64,000 nt of DNA from Candidatus Thiodiazotropha sp. (GCA_050292275.1 JBNKLI010000067.1:18718-82717), one strand, 5' to 3'. Numbered from the stretch's first letter, positions 20,920 through 32,773 are shown. The notes: generated by a model not told the origin, from the sequence alone. Made by a program: numbers and translations.

Positions 20920-21528
20920 ATGATAGGTCGTTTGAAAGGGGAGCTCGTGCACAAGCAGGCACCCCAGCTTCTGCTCGATGTCAATGGCGTCGGCTACGAG
21001 CTGGAGGCGCCGCTTTCCACTTTTTTCACCTTGCCTGAAACAGGTAAATCGGTGACCTTGTTCACCCACTTGGCGATCCGCGAGGATGCCCATGTCCTTT
21101 ACGCCTTCGCCACTGAGTCGGAGCGGGTACTGTTCCGCAGCCTGCTGAAGGTCAGTGGGATTGGCGCCAGGATGGCGTTAGCCATACTTTCCGGCATGAG
21201 CGCCGAGGAGTTCAGCCGCTGCGTGGAGCATGAGGACCTGGCCGCCTTGGTTCGGTTGCCGGGTATCGGGCGCAAGACGGCTGAGCGCCTGATTGTGGAA
21301 ATGCGTGACAGATTGGCTAAGCTGAGCGATTCGATACCGCTCGGCAGCCCGTTGCACCGAGACCAGTCGGCAGCTACCGCCAGTGTGACATCCGATGCCG
21401 TGGCAGCGCTGGTGGCATTGGGCTATAAACAGCAGGAGGCCGCCCGCATGGTCAAACTGGTGAGTGAGGAGGGAATGGACAGCGAGGCCCTTATTCGCGC
21501 CGCGTTGCAGCGTGCGGTACAGAGCTAG
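20920..21528 (+). CDS. ruvA: Holliday junction branch migration protein RuvA
   Basis: MIGRLKG, DVNGVGYE, HhH motifs VSGIG and LPGIGRKTAERL. Confidence 0.97.
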   Translation: MIGRLKGELVHKQAPQLLLDVNGVGYELEAPLSTFFTLPETGKSVTLFTHLAIREDAHVLYAFATESERVLFRSLLKVSGIGARMALAILSGMSAEEFSRCVEHEDLAALVRLPGIGRKTAERLIVEMRDRLAKLSDSIPLGSPLHRDQSAATASVTSDAVAALVALGYKQQEAARMVKLVSEEGMDSEALIRAALQRAVQS

Positions 21529-21589
21529 CGGGATCGACAAATCTAGATGAATGACAGGCAGATGAATGACATCCGACGGGTAACCGGGT

Positions 21590-22633
21590 TTGAGTAGCGA
21601 ACCCAGATTGATCAACGGCGATGCCACGGGCGAAGACAACGCCCTGGATCGGGCCATCCGCCCCAAGTATCTGCGCGACTATATCGGGCAGCATGCGGTC
21701 CGTGAGCAGATGGATATCTTCATTCCGGCCGCCAGGGCGCGGGGGGAGGCGCTGGATCATGTGCTGATATTCGGGCCTCCCGGACTGGGCAAGACCACGC
21801 TGGCCCATATCATCGCCAATGAGATGGAGGTCAATCTGCGACAGACCTCGGGGCCGGTGCTCGAAAAGCCCGGGGATCTGGCGGCGCTGCTGACCAATCT
21901 CGAACCTCACGATGTACTCTTCGTCGACGAGATCCACCGCTTGAGTCCCGTGGTGGAGGAGGTGCTCTATCCGGCGATGGAGGATTTTCAGCTCGATATC
22001 ATGATCGGCGAGGGGCCGGCGGCACGCTCCATCAAGCTCGATATCCCTCCATTCACCCTGGTTGGAGCCACTACTCGCGCCGGCCTGCTGACCTCGCCCT
22101 TGCGGGATCGGTTCGGTATTGTGCAGCGCCTGGAGTTCTATGGTGCCGATGATCTGGCCAGGATCGTCACCCGTTCGGCACGGATACTCAACATCGGTGT
22201 GGATGCGGATGGGGCAGGAGAGATCGCACGCCGGTCCCGGGGTACGCCGCGAATCGCCAATCGACTGCTGCGCAGAGTGCGCGACTATGCCCAGGTAAAG
22301 CAGGACGGACACATCGATGCGGCGGTCGCGGACAGTGCCTTGAGCCTGCTCAAGGTCGATGCCAATGGTTTTGATAATATGGACCGGCGCCTGTTGCTGG
22401 CGGTGATCGAGAAATTCGAAGGTGGACCCGTGGGTGTCGATAACCTGGCTGCGGCGATTGGAGAGGAGAAGGGCACTATCGAGGATGTCCTCGAACCCTA
22501 TTTAATTCAGCAGGGATTTCTGATGCGCACGCCGCGGGGCAGGGTTGCCACCCAGACCGCCTACCTGCATTTTGGATTGTCGCCGAAACCCGGCGAACAT
22601 CTACCGTACAAGGATGATCTGTTCCGCGAGTAG
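21590..22633 (+). CDS. ruvB: Holliday junction branch migration helicase RuvB
   Basis: [33 protein letters not shown] and RTPRGR motifs; TTG start. Confidence 0.98.
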   Translation: MSSEPRLINGDATGEDNALDRAIRPKYLRDYIGQHAVREQMDIFIPAARARGEALDHVLIFGPPGLGKTTLAHIIANEMEVNLRQTSGPVLEKPGDLAALLTNLEPHDVLFVDEIHRLSPVVEEVLYPAMEDFQLDIMIGEGPAARSIKLDIPPFTLVGATTRAGLLTSPLRDRFGIVQRLEFYGADDLARIVTRSARILNIGVDADGAGEIARRSRGTPRIANRLLRRVRDYAQVKQDGHIDAAVADSALSLLKVDANGFDNMDRRLLLAVIEKFEGGPVGVDNLAAAIGEEKGTIEDVLEPYLIQQGFLMRTPRGRVATQTAYLHFGLSPKPGEHLPYKDDLFRE

Positions 22634-22902
22634 CTCCAAATAGTACTCTGAACACCGAAACTTGAGGTATAACCTCGCAATATGAAGTGTATTCTGTATT
22701 AGAAACTCCACTGATGCCCATGGCGGATCCAACACCGGCAGATCTCGACCGTGGCGGGAACTCCTTGCGAATCATGCACTCATAGAATGGGGTTTATCAC
22801 CGGGTATTGGCTATTTCCGCTACCATCGGCCTTCGAAGCTAAGTATGATAATCCGTTATTTTTTTAAGCAGGTCATGACGTGATTCGCGTCTGGAACGAG
22901 GT

Positions 22903-23325
22903 ATGAGCAACGAGTCGCCCGGTTTTGTCTGGCCGGTCAGGGTCTATTACGAAGATAGTGACGCCGCCGGTGTCGTCTACTATGCCAACTATTTGAAATT
23001 CATGGAGCGCGCACGCACCGAATGGCTGCGCAGTCTCGGTTTCGAACAGGACCGGTTGCTACAACAGGACGGGATCATCTTCGCAGTTCGCCAGATGGAA
23101 GTGGGTTACCATCATCCGGCCCGATTCAACGATGCCCTCGAGGTCATTGCCAGATTGTCAAAGAAAGGACATGCAAGTCTCAGCTTCTATCAAGAGGTGG
23201 TGCGGCCATCGGATTCACGTGTGTTGTGCAGGGGCAGCGTAAAGATCGCCTGTATCGACCGGGAGACAATGCGCCCTACACCCATTCCAAAGAAATTATT
23301 GATGGAGATACCGGATGTCGACTGA
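22903..23325 (+). CDS. ybgC: Tol-Pal-associated acyl-CoA thioesterase
   Basis: VRVYYEDSDAAGVVYYANYLKFMERARTEWL; directly upstream of tolQ. Confidence 0.95.
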   Translation: MSNESPGFVWPVRVYYEDSDAAGVVYYANYLKFMERARTEWLRSLGFEQDRLLQQDGIIFAVRQMEVGYHHPARFNDALEVIARLSKKGHASLSFYQEVVRPSDSRVLCRGSVKIACIDRETMRPTPIPKKLLMEIPDVD

Positions 23326-23989
23326 CCTTTCCATTACCCATCTGATACTCAATGCCAGTCCGGTAGTGAAGATCGTGATAGCCTTGCTGGTGTTCGCATC
23401 CGTCAGTTCCTGGAGCATGATCTTCGACCGCATGCGCATTCTCAAGCGCGCCGGGCGGGCCGCTGATGAATTCGAAGGCCGTTTCTGGTCCGGAGGCGAT
23501 CTGGCAGAGCTCTATCGCCAGATCGAGAGAGAGACCGAAGACGAGTCCGGCATGGCGGCGATATTCCGCGCCGGGTTTCGGGAATTCGCCCGTTTGCGTA
23601 CCAAGGGCCACAAGGATCCGATGGCGATGGTCCAGGGTGCGCAGCGCTCGATGCGGGTCTCGCTGAATCGCGAGGTGGACCGGTTGGAACACCACCTCTC
23701 GACCCTCGCCACGATCGGTTCCACCAGCCCCTATGTCGGGCTGTTCGGTACCGTCTGGGGCATTATGAATTCTTTCACCGCTCTGGGTAACGTCAAACAG
23801 GCGACCCTGGCGCTGGTCGCGCCGGGTATCGCCGAAGCGCTGATCGCGACCGCCATCGGCCTGTTCGCCGCCATCCCGGCGGTTGTCGCCTACAACCGCT
23901 ATTCCAACGATGTCGAACGGCTCAACAACCGTTATGATGACTTCGTGGAGGAGTTTGCCACCATCCTGCAACGCCAGGCATTGGCCTGA
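23315..23989 (+). CDS. tolQ: Tol-Pal system protein TolQ
   Basis: LATIGSTSPYVGLFGTVWGIM and VAPGIAEALIATAIGL motifs. Confidence 0.97.
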   Translation: MSTDLSITHLILNASPVVKIVIALLVFASVSSWSMIFDRMRILKRAGRAADEFEGRFWSGGDLAELYRQIERETEDESGMAAIFRAGFREFARLRTKGHKDPMAMVQGAQRSMRVSLNREVDRLEHHLSTLATIGSTSPYVGLFGTVWGIMNSFTALGNVKQATLALVAPGIAEALIATAIGLFAAIPAVVAYNRYSNDVERLNNRYDDFVEEFATILQRQALA

Positions 23990-24005
23990 ACCGCCACAAA
24001 TCGCC

Positions 24006-24431
24006 ATGAGCCGCCAGAAGAACCGTCGCCGCCCGATGTCCGAGATCAATGTGGTTCCCTACATTGACGTGATGCTGGTGTTGCTGGTGATTTTCATGAT
24101 CACCGCTCCGTTGTTGACCCAGGGGGTGAAGGTGGAGTTGCCTCAGGCCGATGCGCAACCGCTGCCGAACGAAGTGGACGAGCCCCTGGTGGTGACGGTG
24201 AGTCGGGTGGGCGATATGTACATCGACATCGGCGAGGGTAAGGATCGGCCGATCGAACCGCACGACTTGGTCGAAAGGGTGAAGATCGTCCTGCAGCACA
24301 AACCCAAGACCCCGATCATGGTCCGTGGTGACGCGGGCGTGGCCTATGGGCGCGTAGTGGAAGCGATGGTACTGCTGCAGGCCGGAGGTGCCCCCAGCGT
24401 CGGTCTGATCACAGAACCGCCGGAGTCTTAG
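24006..24431 (+). CDS. tolR: Tol-Pal system protein TolR
   Basis: SEINVVPYIDVMLVLLVIFMITAP; ATG at 24006. Confidence 0.96.
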   Translation: MSRQKNRRRPMSEINVVPYIDVMLVLLVIFMITAPLLTQGVKVELPQADAQPLPNEVDEPLVVTVSRVGDMYIDIGEGKDRPIEPHDLVERVKIVLQHKPKTPIMVRGDAGVAYGRVVEAMVLLQAGGAPSVGLITEPPES

Positions 24432-24433
24432 CA

Positions 24434-25291
24434 GTGTTCTCAGTTCTCAAACGAAACCCGGTCTCCGTCATCCTGGCAGTGATGCTGCACATCATGATCG
24501 TGGCCTTTCTGGTCTTCGGTTACGACTGGTCGAAATTCAACAAACCCGCAACACCCAAGGCCAACGTGGTGCAGGCGCACACCGTCGATGCCAAGCAGCT
24601 CGATCAGGCCAAGGAGAAAGAGGAGGCGGTGCAGCGGGAGAAGCTCGAGGAGGCTCGGAAGCGTAAACAGGAGCAAGAGAAGAGGCATCAGCAGCAACTC
24701 GAACAGAAACGTATCGCCGAGCAAAAAGCGAAGCAGCAGAAACTGGAGACCGAGCGCAAGCGCCAGGCTCAGTTGAAAAAAGAGCAGGCGGCGAAAGAAG
24801 CGAAGCGCAAGGCTGAACAGAAACGTCTCGCGGAACTGGAGGCCAAGCGGAAGGCGGAAGAAAAGCGCAAAGCCGAGCTGGAAAGGAAACGTAAAGCCGA
24901 GCTGGAAGCCAGGCGCAAGGCCGAACAGAGGCGTAAAGCAGAGGCTGCGGCACAGGCCGAGCGGGAGCGCGCCTTGCAGGAACAACTGGCAGCGGAGCAG
25001 AATAGTCGCGAGATCGACCGTTATGTAGCCGTGATCAAACAGCAGGTCGAACGTAACTGGCTGAAACCGGGCCAGGGTGGAAAGGACCTCTCCTGTGTCG
25101 TGCAGGTACGCCTGATCCCCGGTGGGGATGTAGTGCCGGGCGGAGTCAGTATACTCAGGAGCAGTGGTAGCCCGGCCTTCGACCGTTCGGTGGAAGCCGC
25201 TGTCTACAAGGCTGCGCCGTTGCAGGTGCCGAGTGGGTCCCTGTTCGAATCTTTCCGTACCTTGAAACTGAATTTTAAGCCAAGTGGCTGA
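24434..25291 (+). CDS. tolA: Cell envelope integrity protein TolA
   Basis: TM anchor with SVILAVMLH, K/A/E-rich helical domain, C-terminal SSG.PAFDRSVEAAV. Confidence 0.94.
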   Translation: MFSVLKRNPVSVILAVMLHIMIVAFLVFGYDWSKFNKPATPKANVVQAHTVDAKQLDQAKEKEEAVQREKLEEARKRKQEQEKRHQQQLEQKRIAEQKAKQQKLETERKRQAQLKKEQAAKEAKRKAEQKRLAELEAKRKAEEKRKAELERKRKAELEARRKAEQRRKAEAAAQAERERALQEQLAAEQNSREIDRYVAVIKQQVERNWLKPGQGGKDLSCVVQVRLIPGGDVVPGGVSILRSSGSPAFDRSVEAAVYKAAPLQVPSGSLFESFRTLKLNFKPSG

Positions 25292-25302
25292 TCGTCGTGA
25301 CC

Positions 25303-26595
25303 ATGAAAAAGAATCTACTTATCCTGATATTGTTACTATGCTGGCAACCGGCACTCTTTGCTGACCTGACCATAGAGATCACCGAGGGCGTCGAAGGCGC
25401 GCTGCCCGTCGCGGTGGTGCCTTTCAGCTGGCAGGGCAAGGGAGCGCCGCCGCAGGACGTGGCTGCCGTGATCAGTGCGGACCTGCAGCGCAGTGGTCGT
25501 TTCAAGACACTGCCGCGGGAAGATATGCTGGCCCGGCCCACATCGGTGGATGCGGTTGAATTCAAGGACTGGCGAACCCTGGGCATAGAGAATCTGGTCG
25601 TCGGCCAGGTTCAGGCCCAGGGCGCCGGCGGTTATCAGATCCAGTTTCAGTTGCTCGACGTGTATCGGGGTGAGCAGCTCACCGGTTATACCATCCCCAC
25701 TACGGCACCGAATCTGCGCAGTACCGCCCACCGAATCGCCGACCTGATCTATGAGAAACTGCTTGGTGTGCCAGGGGCTTTCGCAACCCGGGTGGCATAC
25801 ATAACATCCACCAGGCAGGCAGACGGTGAGGCGCTCATCAAACTGAATATCGCCGATGCGGACGGATATAACCCGGAGACCATCGTCACCTCCACAGAGC
25901 CGCTGATGTCGCCCTCCTGGTCACCTGATGGTAAAAAGATCGCCTATGTCTCTTTCGAGGGTGGGCAATCCGCTATTTATGTCCAGGGGGTCTACACCGG
26001 AACCCGGCAGAAGGTCACCTCCTACAAGGGGATCAACGGGGCACCGGCCTGGTCACCGGATGGACGCAAGCTGGCGCTGACCCTGTCCAAGGGTGGAAAT
26101 CCAGATATCTATGTCTATGATCTGTCCACACGCAAACTGCAGACCATCACCCGTCACTATGCCATAGACACCGAACCGGCCTGGTCGCCGGACGGGCGTA
26201 GCATCATCTTTACCTCGGATCGCGGCGGGCGACCACAGATTTACCGGGTCTCCGCCTTCGGTGGTACCGCCCAGCGGGTGACCTACCAGAACAGTTACAA
26301 TGCACGTGCCTCCTTTTCGCCCGATGGGAAACTGCTGACTCTGGTCACCCGGGAAGAGGGAAAGTACCGCATCGCTGTCCAGGATCTTGAATCCGGCGTG
26401 ATGCAGGTGCTCAGCCAGGGAAATCTGGACGAGTCCCCCAGTTTCGCGCCTAACGGCAGCATGGTAATTTACGCCACCAAGGCGGGTAATCGTGGAGTTT
26501 TGGCAGCGGTCTCGGTCGATGGCCGTGTAAGACAGCGTCTTGCCCTCCAGGAGGGTGATGTGCGTGAGCCGGTCTGGTCACCCTTCAATAATTAG
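25303..26595 (+). CDS. tolB: Tol-Pal beta-propeller protein TolB
   Basis: LTIEITEG and repeated P.WSPDG motifs. Confidence 0.97.
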   Translation: MKKNLLILILLLCWQPALFADLTIEITEGVEGALPVAVVPFSWQGKGAPPQDVAAVISADLQRSGRFKTLPREDMLARPTSVDAVEFKDWRTLGIENLVVGQVQAQGAGGYQIQFQLLDVYRGEQLTGYTIPTTAPNLRSTAHRIADLIYEKLLGVPGAFATRVAYITSTRQADGEALIKLNIADADGYNPETIVTSTEPLMSPSWSPDGKKIAYVSFEGGQSAIYVQGVYTGTRQKVTSYKGINGAPAWSPDGRKLALTLSKGGNPDIYVYDLSTRKLQTITRHYAIDTEPAWSPDGRSIIFTSDRGGRPQIYRVSAFGGTAQRVTYQNSYNARASFSPDGKLLTLVTREEGKYRIAVQDLESGVMQVLSQGNLDESPSFAPNGSMVIYATKAGNRGVLAAVSVDGRVRQRLALQEGDVREPVWSPFNN

Positions 26596-26621
26596 TTGCA
26601 CCGTTGCTAAGGAGATTTTCA

Positions 26622-27164
26622 ATGAAAAAAGTACTGACCCATGGTTTCCCCATTCTGCTCTTGCTGCTGCTGGCGGTCGGTTGTTCATCGACACCCACCA
26701 GTGAAGGCGAAGGGGCCGAGGTTACCGAGCAATCCACCGGTGCCGGCACTGAGGGCACTGGCTCCGGCGCATCCACCTCCGCTGCCAGTCAGGGGGATGA
26801 ATGGCGCGGCGATCCCCTGGAGAATCCCAACAGCCTGCTGGCGACCCGGGTGATCTATTTCGATTTTGATCAAAGCACGGTGCGTTCGGAGTACCTGGAT
26901 GTGATTCAGGCCCATGCCGACTACCTGGCGGCCAATCCACAGGCGGTTGTGCGCCTTGAAGGCCATGCGGACGAGAAGGGTACCCGCGAGTATAATCTGG
27001 GCCTGGGTGAGAATCGCGCCAACTCCGTGCGCAGCCTGATGCTGGCCCAGGGCGTGTCGGACAATCAGCTGGTCGTGGTGAGCTACGGCGAAGAGCGACC
27101 CGCGGCATTCGAGCATAACGAAGAGTCCTGGGCGCTCAACCGGCGTGTCGAACTGATCTATTGA
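26622..27164 (+). CDS. pal: Peptidoglycan-associated lipoprotein
   Basis: Lipobox AVGC, IYFDFD, EGHADEKGTREYNLGLGENRA and NRRVEL; AAGGAG RBS before ATG 26622. Confidence 0.97.
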   Translation: MKKVLTHGFPILLLLLLAVGCSSTPTSEGEGAEVTEQSTGAGTEGTGSGASTSAASQGDEWRGDPLENPNSLLATRVIYFDFDQSTVRSEYLDVIQAHADYLAANPQAVVRLEGHADEKGTREYNLGLGENRANSVRSLMLAQGVSDNQLVVVSYGEERPAAFEHNEESWALNRRVELIY

Positions 27165-27178
27165 TTCGGGAGAGAGTG

Positions 27179-28015
27179 ATGAGGCTGACCATCAAAAGCG
27201 TCCTGATCTGCACCCTGATTGGGTCATGCGGCAGTGCGCCGGTTTTCGCTGAAAACGGTGCCAAGATGACGATGGAGCAGCGCCTGCAGCGCATCGAACG
27301 CATCCTGCAGAACCAGAGTCTTGCCGACCTGGTGCTACAGGTGCAGCAGTTGCGCCACGAGGTGCAGCAGCTTCGCGGCGACCTGGAAGAGCAAAAACAC
27401 AATATGGACGCCATGGGTCGTCGCCAGCGTGATCTCTATCTGGATATCGATCAAAGGCTCTCGCGCTTCCAGCCCGGCGCTGCGGCGATGCCCACGCTGC
27501 CCTCCGCTCCCCCCATGACAGAGCCGCCCCAGGCAGCCGCTGTCGAGCAACCGTTGACACCATCGACAGAAACTCCCCCCGGGGCGCCTGCCGCCGTCCC
27601 GGCTACAGCGCTGACGCCACCCGACCCGAAGAAAGAGGCGGAGGCCTATCAGGGCGCTTTCAACATGCTGAAACAAGGACGATACAACGAGTCGATCACT
27701 GCCTTCTCCAGCTTCCTCAGAGACTACCCTGGCGGGGATTACGAGGATAACGCCCAGTATTGGCTGGCGGAGGCGAGCTATGTCAATCGTGATTTCGATA
27801 CCGCACTGGGGGAGTTCTCCAAGATCCTGGAAAAATATCCACAGAGTCCCAAGATACCCGGTGCGATGTTGAAAATGGGGTATATTCACTATGAAAAGAA
27901 GAACTGGGCCGACACCAGAAATATACTGAACCGGTTGGTCGACACCTATCCCGCCACGACCGAATCCCGCCTGGCGCAGAAACGCCTGCAGAGGCTGGAC
28001 AAAGAGGGGCATTGA
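27179..28015 (+). CDS. cpoB: Cell division coordinator CpoB (YbgF)
   Basis: N-terminal coiled coil (QRDLYLDIDQRL), Pro-rich linker, TPR repeats (NAQYWLAE); follows pal. Confidence 0.95.
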   Translation: MRLTIKSVLICTLIGSCGSAPVFAENGAKMTMEQRLQRIERILQNQSLADLVLQVQQLRHEVQQLRGDLEEQKHNMDAMGRRQRDLYLDIDQRLSRFQPGAAAMPTLPSAPPMTEPPQAAAVEQPLTPSTETPPGAPAAVPATALTPPDPKKEAEAYQGAFNMLKQGRYNESITAFSSFLRDYPGGDYEDNAQYWLAEASYVNRDFDTALGEFSKILEKYPQSPKIPGAMLKMGYIHYEKKNWADTRNILNRLVDTYPATTESRLAQKRLQRLDKEGH

Positions 28016-28045
28016 GCGGGGGATGGCGTCTCCCCGCCTCAGAGT

Positions 28046-28687
28046 ATGCTGCAACTTCGAGTCACCGAGATCTTTCTCTCCCTGCAGGGGGAGGGGAGGA
28101 ACACAGGCTATCCTACAGTCTTCATTCGCCTCACTGGCTGCCCGTTGCGTTGTGGGTATTGTGATACCACCTATGCATACAGCGGCGGAGAGTGGCACAG
28201 CCTGGAGGCGATCCTGCAACGAGTCAAAGCCTATGAGCCGGCCGATGTCTGCGTGACTGGTGGAGAGCCTTTGGCGCAACAGGGCTGCCTGGCGCTGCTC
28301 GAGGCCCTGTGCGACTCCGGTTATCGGGTTTCACTGGAGACCAGTGGAGCGCTGGACATCAGCGGTGTGGATCAACGGGTCATCAGGGTGGTGGATCTAA
28401 AGACGCCGGGCTCAGGCGAGATGAAACGCAACAGGATAGCGAACCTCGACTCTCTGAGGGCGGATGATCAGGTCAAGTTCGTGATTACCGACAGGGCCGA
28501 CTACGAATGGAGCCGTGGGCAAATCGAGCAGTTCAGGATCAACGAAAAGTGCGAAGTCCTGTTTTCCCCTGCACAGGATCGGCTGGATCCGACACAGCTG
28601 GCCGATTGGATGGTCGAGGACAGAGTTCGCGCCAGGCTGCAGCTTCAATTGCACAAACTGCTGTGGGGCAATGAGCCGGGTAGATGA
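28046..28687 (+). CDS. queE: 7-carboxy-7-deazaguanine synthase
   Basis: EIFLSLQGEG, FIRLTGCPLRCGYCDT, TGGEPL and QLHK motifs. Confidence 0.96.
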   Translation: MLQLRVTEIFLSLQGEGRNTGYPTVFIRLTGCPLRCGYCDTTYAYSGGEWHSLEAILQRVKAYEPADVCVTGGEPLAQQGCLALLEALCDSGYRVSLETSGALDISGVDQRVIRVVDLKTPGSGEMKRNRIANLDSLRADDQVKFVITDRADYEWSRGQIEQFRINEKCEVLFSPAQDRLDPTQLADWMVEDRVRARLQLQLHKLLWGNEPGR

Positions 28688-28703
28688 GTGGTTACGATGA
28701 ACA

Positions 28704-29378
28704 ATGAGTAGACGTGCGGTGGTGCTGCTTTCGGGCGGACTGGATTCGGCAACAGTGCTGGCAATCGCCCGTGGCCAGGGCTATGCCTGTTATGCGCTGA
28801 GCATGGCCTATGGTCAGCGCCATGCCGCTGAACTGGCCGCCGCATCAAGGGTCGCCGCGGCGCTGCGGGCCGAGGCGCACAAAGTGGTGCATATCGGTCT
28901 CGACGAACTCGGCGGTTCCGCGCTGACCGATCGTTCCATCGAGGTGCCGCAAGAGATGGGCAGTGGGATTCCAGTCACCTATGTGCCTGCGCGAAACACC
29001 GTGTTTCTCTCCCTGGCCTTGGGATGGGCTGAAGTGCTGGAGTCCCAGGACATTTTCATCGGCGTCAATGCGGTCGACTATTCGGGGTATCCGGACTGCC
29101 GGCCGCAATTCATCGAGGCCTTCCGCAACCTTGCCAATCTCGCCACCAAGGCGGCGGTGGAGGGTGCCTCGTATCAAATACATACCCCGTTGATCAATAT
29201 GTCCAAAGCGGAAATCATCCAACAGGGGATGGGGTTGGGTGTCGACTACAGTCTCACCGTCTCCTGCTATCAGGCCACCGAGTCAGGTGAGGCCTGCGGC
29301 GTCTGTGACTCCTGCCGCCTGCGTGCGAAAGGTTTTGCCGAGGCCGCTGTCGCCGACCCTACCCGCTACTCGAGTTAA
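28704..29378 (+). CDS. queC: 7-cyano-7-deazaguanine synthase
   Basis: [23 protein letters not shown] and SCY...CGVCDSC motifs. Confidence 0.97.
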   Translation: MSRRAVVLLSGGLDSATVLAIARGQGYACYALSMAYGQRHAAELAAASRVAAALRAEAHKVVHIGLDELGGSALTDRSIEVPQEMGSGIPVTYVPARNTVFLSLALGWAEVLESQDIFIGVNAVDYSGYPDCRPQFIEAFRNLANLATKAAVEGASYQIHTPLINMSKAEIIQQGMGLGVDYSLTVSCYQATESGEACGVCDSCRLRAKGFAEAAVADPTRYSS

Positions 29379-29396
29379 CGCACATGAAGGCTTTGT

Positions 29397-30203
29397 ATGG
29401 ATAAAGAAGAATTCAAAAAGAGTGTAGAAGCAACATTTGACGACGTCTCCCGCCGTTATGACGAGAACAGGTTTTTCGCCATCTCGGCCTCGAAAATGGC
29501 AGAGCTGCTTCCGCCTGCCGAGAGATTGAAAATACTCGATCTTTCAACCGGTACCGGGAGTGTTGCGATGGCGATCGCCAGTAAGTACCGCAATGCGTCC
29601 ATCGAAGCCGTCGATCTGTCGCAGGGGATGCTGGAGATAGCCAGATCGAAAGCCCGGGAGAAAGGAATTACCAATATAAGATTCCGGCAATGCGACGTGG
29701 AAAAGATTGCATATACGAGCGCAACGTTCGATATCGCTACCTGTGGCTACGGGCTGTTCTTCTATCCTGAGATGGAGGCGACCTACCGGGCAATCTGCAA
29801 AACTGTAAAGCCTGGTGGCCTGTTCCTGTTTTCATCATTTACACATGAAGCGTTCAATCCCCATGCAGAGTTGTTTCTGAACCGTCTTGAGCGCGAATAC
29901 GATGTCGAGCCGGGTTCGCAGATTCGAGAGAGACTCAAGACACAACGGCAAATCGAAGACTTGGTGGCCAGCAGTGAATTCAGCACGCTTGATGTAATAC
30001 ATGAGCCGATTCGCTATACGATCAGTGTTGCCGATTGGTGGTCCTTGCTCAACAACGCGGGCTTTAAATCCCTTCTCGACCAGCTCGACGAGCGCCAGCT
30101 GGAGCAGTTTAAACAGGATCACCTCATGGAAATAGAGGGGTTGTCGGATGAGAACGGTATCGAGCTGATTGCCGACACCATGTTCGGCGTGGTGGGTCTT
30201 TAA
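29397..30203 (+). CDS. Class I SAM-dependent methyltransferase
   Basis: ILDLSTGTG, VDLSQGML, FDIATC and VKPGG motifs. Confidence 0.88.
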   Translation: MDKEEFKKSVEATFDDVSRRYDENRFFAISASKMAELLPPAERLKILDLSTGTGSVAMAIASKYRNASIEAVDLSQGMLEIARSKAREKGITNIRFRQCDVEKIAYTSATFDIATCGYGLFFYPEMEATYRAICKTVKPGGLFLFSSFTHEAFNPHAELFLNRLEREYDVEPGSQIRERLKTQRQIEDLVASSEFSTLDVIHEPIRYTISVADWWSLLNNAGFKSLLDQLDERQLEQFKQDHLMEIEGLSDENGIELIADTMFGVVGL

Positions 30204-30433
30204 GGCGAAGTGCAATTTGCGTTGGCTGAAGCCACGAAAGCGACACATTCAGCTCGGATAAAAAGGCGATTGGCGGCCATGAATCTACCTACAAAGTGGT
30301 AGAGTGGACGATTATGTGCATTGATGTATGCATAGAATGAATCTAAAGATCCTCCTGTCATGGACGATAGAACTAGTCGGAGCACACATCTTTTTTCATA
30401 CTAGAGGGACCTGGATCTACTTGGGAGATTCCA

Positions 30434-32773
30434 GTGTTAATCCAAACCAAACTCAGATACGGTAGTATTCTTCTCACTCTTGTTCCCGCAATCATCGCAA
30501 GCATCCTCATCGGACTGATCTCTGTCAACCATGCCGAATCCGCGCTCAAAGAGCAGGCGCAGTCGCGGTTGACCGCGCTCAGGGAAGACAGGGCGAATCA
30601 GATTGTCAACTACTTCAATGCCATGCGGGATCAGGCCTTTGCCTACAATAAAAACGCTACAACTATCGACGCTATGAAGCGATTCGCCGCGACCTTCGAT
30701 TCGTTCTCTTATGAGGTTGGTGTCGATGTTGCGAGCGAGAAGGAGCAGTTGAAAAAGTACTATGTCAACGACTTTACGAATGAGTTCAAGAACAAAAATG
30801 AAGGTGAGAGCCCGGATGTAAACCGGCTTTTCAACGCGCTTGACGATAAAACGGTTTTAATGCAGTACCGATATATCTACAAGAACGAAAATCCACTGGG
30901 TTCCAAGGATCAGTTGAATAGTTACTCTGATGGCAGTCAATACTCCGAATTCCACCTCCGCTACCACACTTCATTCAGGGAGTTGCAACAACGCTTCGGC
31001 TACTATGACATATTCCTGATTACTCCCGATACAGGACATGTCGTCTATTCCGTGTTCAAGGAGCTGGACTATGCGACATCATTGAAAAACGGACCCTTCG
31101 CCGACTCAGGGCTTGCGGATGCCTACAAGGGCGCAATGGCGCTGTCGTCGAACAACGAAGTCTATATGACCGACTTCGCTCCCTACTATCCTTCATACCA
31201 GGCCCAAGCCGTCTTCCTTGCCACTCCGATTTTCGATGGTGATAAGAAAATCGGCGTCATTGCATTTCAACTCCCCATCGACAAGATCAACGATGTCATG
31301 ACCGGGTATGGCAAGTGGAGAGAGTCGGGACTGGGTGAGAGCGGAGAGACCTACCTGGTTGGATCGGATCACACGCTGCGAAGTGAAAGCCGGTTTTGGC
31401 TCGAGAACAAGGATGGCTATATCGCCGCGATGAATGCGGCCGGTACGGACGACGCTGTTCTTAAAGAAATAGTCAGCAAAGGGTCCGTCATTGGATTGCA
31501 GACAATAAAATCCCCTGGCTCGCTGGCGGCATTGAAAGGCGAGAGCGGATTCTCCATATTCGATGACTATCGTGGTGTGCCCGTACTATCAGCCTACAAA
31601 CCGGTCGACATCATCGGACACAGATGGGCGATCCTGGCGGAAGTCGACGAGGAAGAGGCCTATGCCGCCGCAAGCGAACTGCATCACTACGTCATCTATG
31701 TGACAATGATGAGCGCATTCTTTCTGCTGGTTGCCAGCGGAGTTCTGGGTTGGCTCTTCAGCCGCAGCATCGTTCGTCCATTGAACAGTGTGGTAAGTTC
31801 GATGCAGGACATCTCTTCGGGTTCCGGTGATTTGACCGTCAGGCTCGATGAAACCGCCAAGGATGAGATCGGTATGCTGGCGCGTGCATTCAACACCTTC
31901 GTTAAAAAGCTGGACAGCATCATGTCAAGCGTCGGTGATACGACAACAGAACTCGCAACCGCTTCGGAAGAGCTGTCAACGATTACCCGGGATACCCGCA
32001 AGGTCGTGGAGCGTCAACAGGAGGAGATTCAGCACGTGGCAACCGCCATCGAGGAGATGACCGCCACGGTCAAGGATGTTGCGCAGAATACGAGTTCGAC
32101 CGCGGACGCCTCCCGCCATGCGGGAAGCCAGGTGGCCGCAGGTAAGAACAAACTGGAAGACACCGTCACATCGATACAACAGTTGAAGCAACGCATGGAT
32201 GAGTCGCAACAGGTGGTTAACGCGTTGAACGAGGACAGCGTGAAAGTCGGTTCGGTACTCGATGTCATCAAGGGCATTGCAGAGCAGACCAACCTGTTGG
32301 CACTCAATGCCGCTATCGAGGCGGCCAGGGCGGGTGAGCAGGGACGGGGTTTCGCCGTGGTAGCCGATGAGGTGCGGGTGCTGGCGAAAAGGACACAGGA
32401 CTCGACCGAAGAGATCAGAGAGATCATCGAGTCGCTGCAGAATCGAAGTGAGCAGACCGCTGCGATGTTGGAACAGAACAACGAGGATCTGGAATCCACG
32501 GTTGAATCGAGCAATCAAACCCTGGGTGTATTTTCAGAAATCGATCAGGCGGTAACCGAGCTGCTCGAGATGAGTACGCAAATCGCGAGCGCCACGGAAG
32601 AGCAGGCATCGGTGACTGAGGAGATCAGCCGCAATGTGGATACCATAAACGAGGGTGCGAAGCAGACACTGGTGGGTGCAGAACAGACCGCGGAGTCCAG
32701 CGTCTCACTGGCACGGCTTGGTGATCAGTTGAAGGGCCATGTTGGCTCATTCAAGTGCAGCGGCCGGAGTTGA
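30434..32773 (+). CDS. Methyl-accepting chemotaxis protein (large Cache-type periplasmic domain, HAMP)
   Basis: Two TM segments, GDLTVRL....DEIG.LA.AFN and [34 protein letters not shown]. Confidence 0.95.
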   Translation: MLIQTKLRYGSILLTLVPAIIASILIGLISVNHAESALKEQAQSRLTALREDRANQIVNYFNAMRDQAFAYNKNATTIDAMKRFAATFDSFSYEVGVDVASEKEQLKKYYVNDFTNEFKNKNEGESPDVNRLFNALDDKTVLMQYRYIYKNENPLGSKDQLNSYSDGSQYSEFHLRYHTSFRELQQRFGYYDIFLITPDTGHVVYSVFKELDYATSLKNGPFADSGLADAYKGAMALSSNNEVYMTDFAPYYPSYQAQAVFLATPIFDGDKKIGVIAFQLPIDKINDVMTGYGKWRESGLGESGETYLVGSDHTLRSESRFWLENKDGYIAAMNAAGTDDAVLKEIVSKGSVIGLQTIKSPGSLAALKGESGFSIFDDYRGVPVLSAYKPVDIIGHRWAILAEVDEEEAYAAASELHHYVIYVTMMSAFFLLVASGVLGWLFSRSIVRPLNSVVSSMQDISSGSGDLTVRLDETAKDEIGMLARAFNTFVKKLDSIMSSVGDTTTELATASEELSTITRDTRKVVERQQEEIQHVATAIEEMTATVKDVAQNTSSTADASRHAGSQVAAGKNKLEDTVTSIQQLKQRMDESQQVVNALNEDSVKVGSVLDVIKGIAEQTNLLALNAAIEAARAGEQGRGFAVVADEVRVLAKRTQDSTEEIREIIESLQNRSEQTAAMLEQNNEDLESTVESSNQTLGVFSEIDQAVTELLEMSTQIASATEEQASVTEEISRNVDTINEGAKQTLVGAEQTAESSVSLARLGDQLKGHVGSFKCSGRS

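Noticed and set aside
21545-21571. 12-bp direct repeat AGATGAATGACA before ruvB
   Set aside because: Short local duplication; the upstream in-frame ATGs hit a stop, so it does not extend ruvB and no function can be supported
24780-24960. Repetitive KAE/KRKAE coding sequence
   Set aside because: Normal TolA helical domain II
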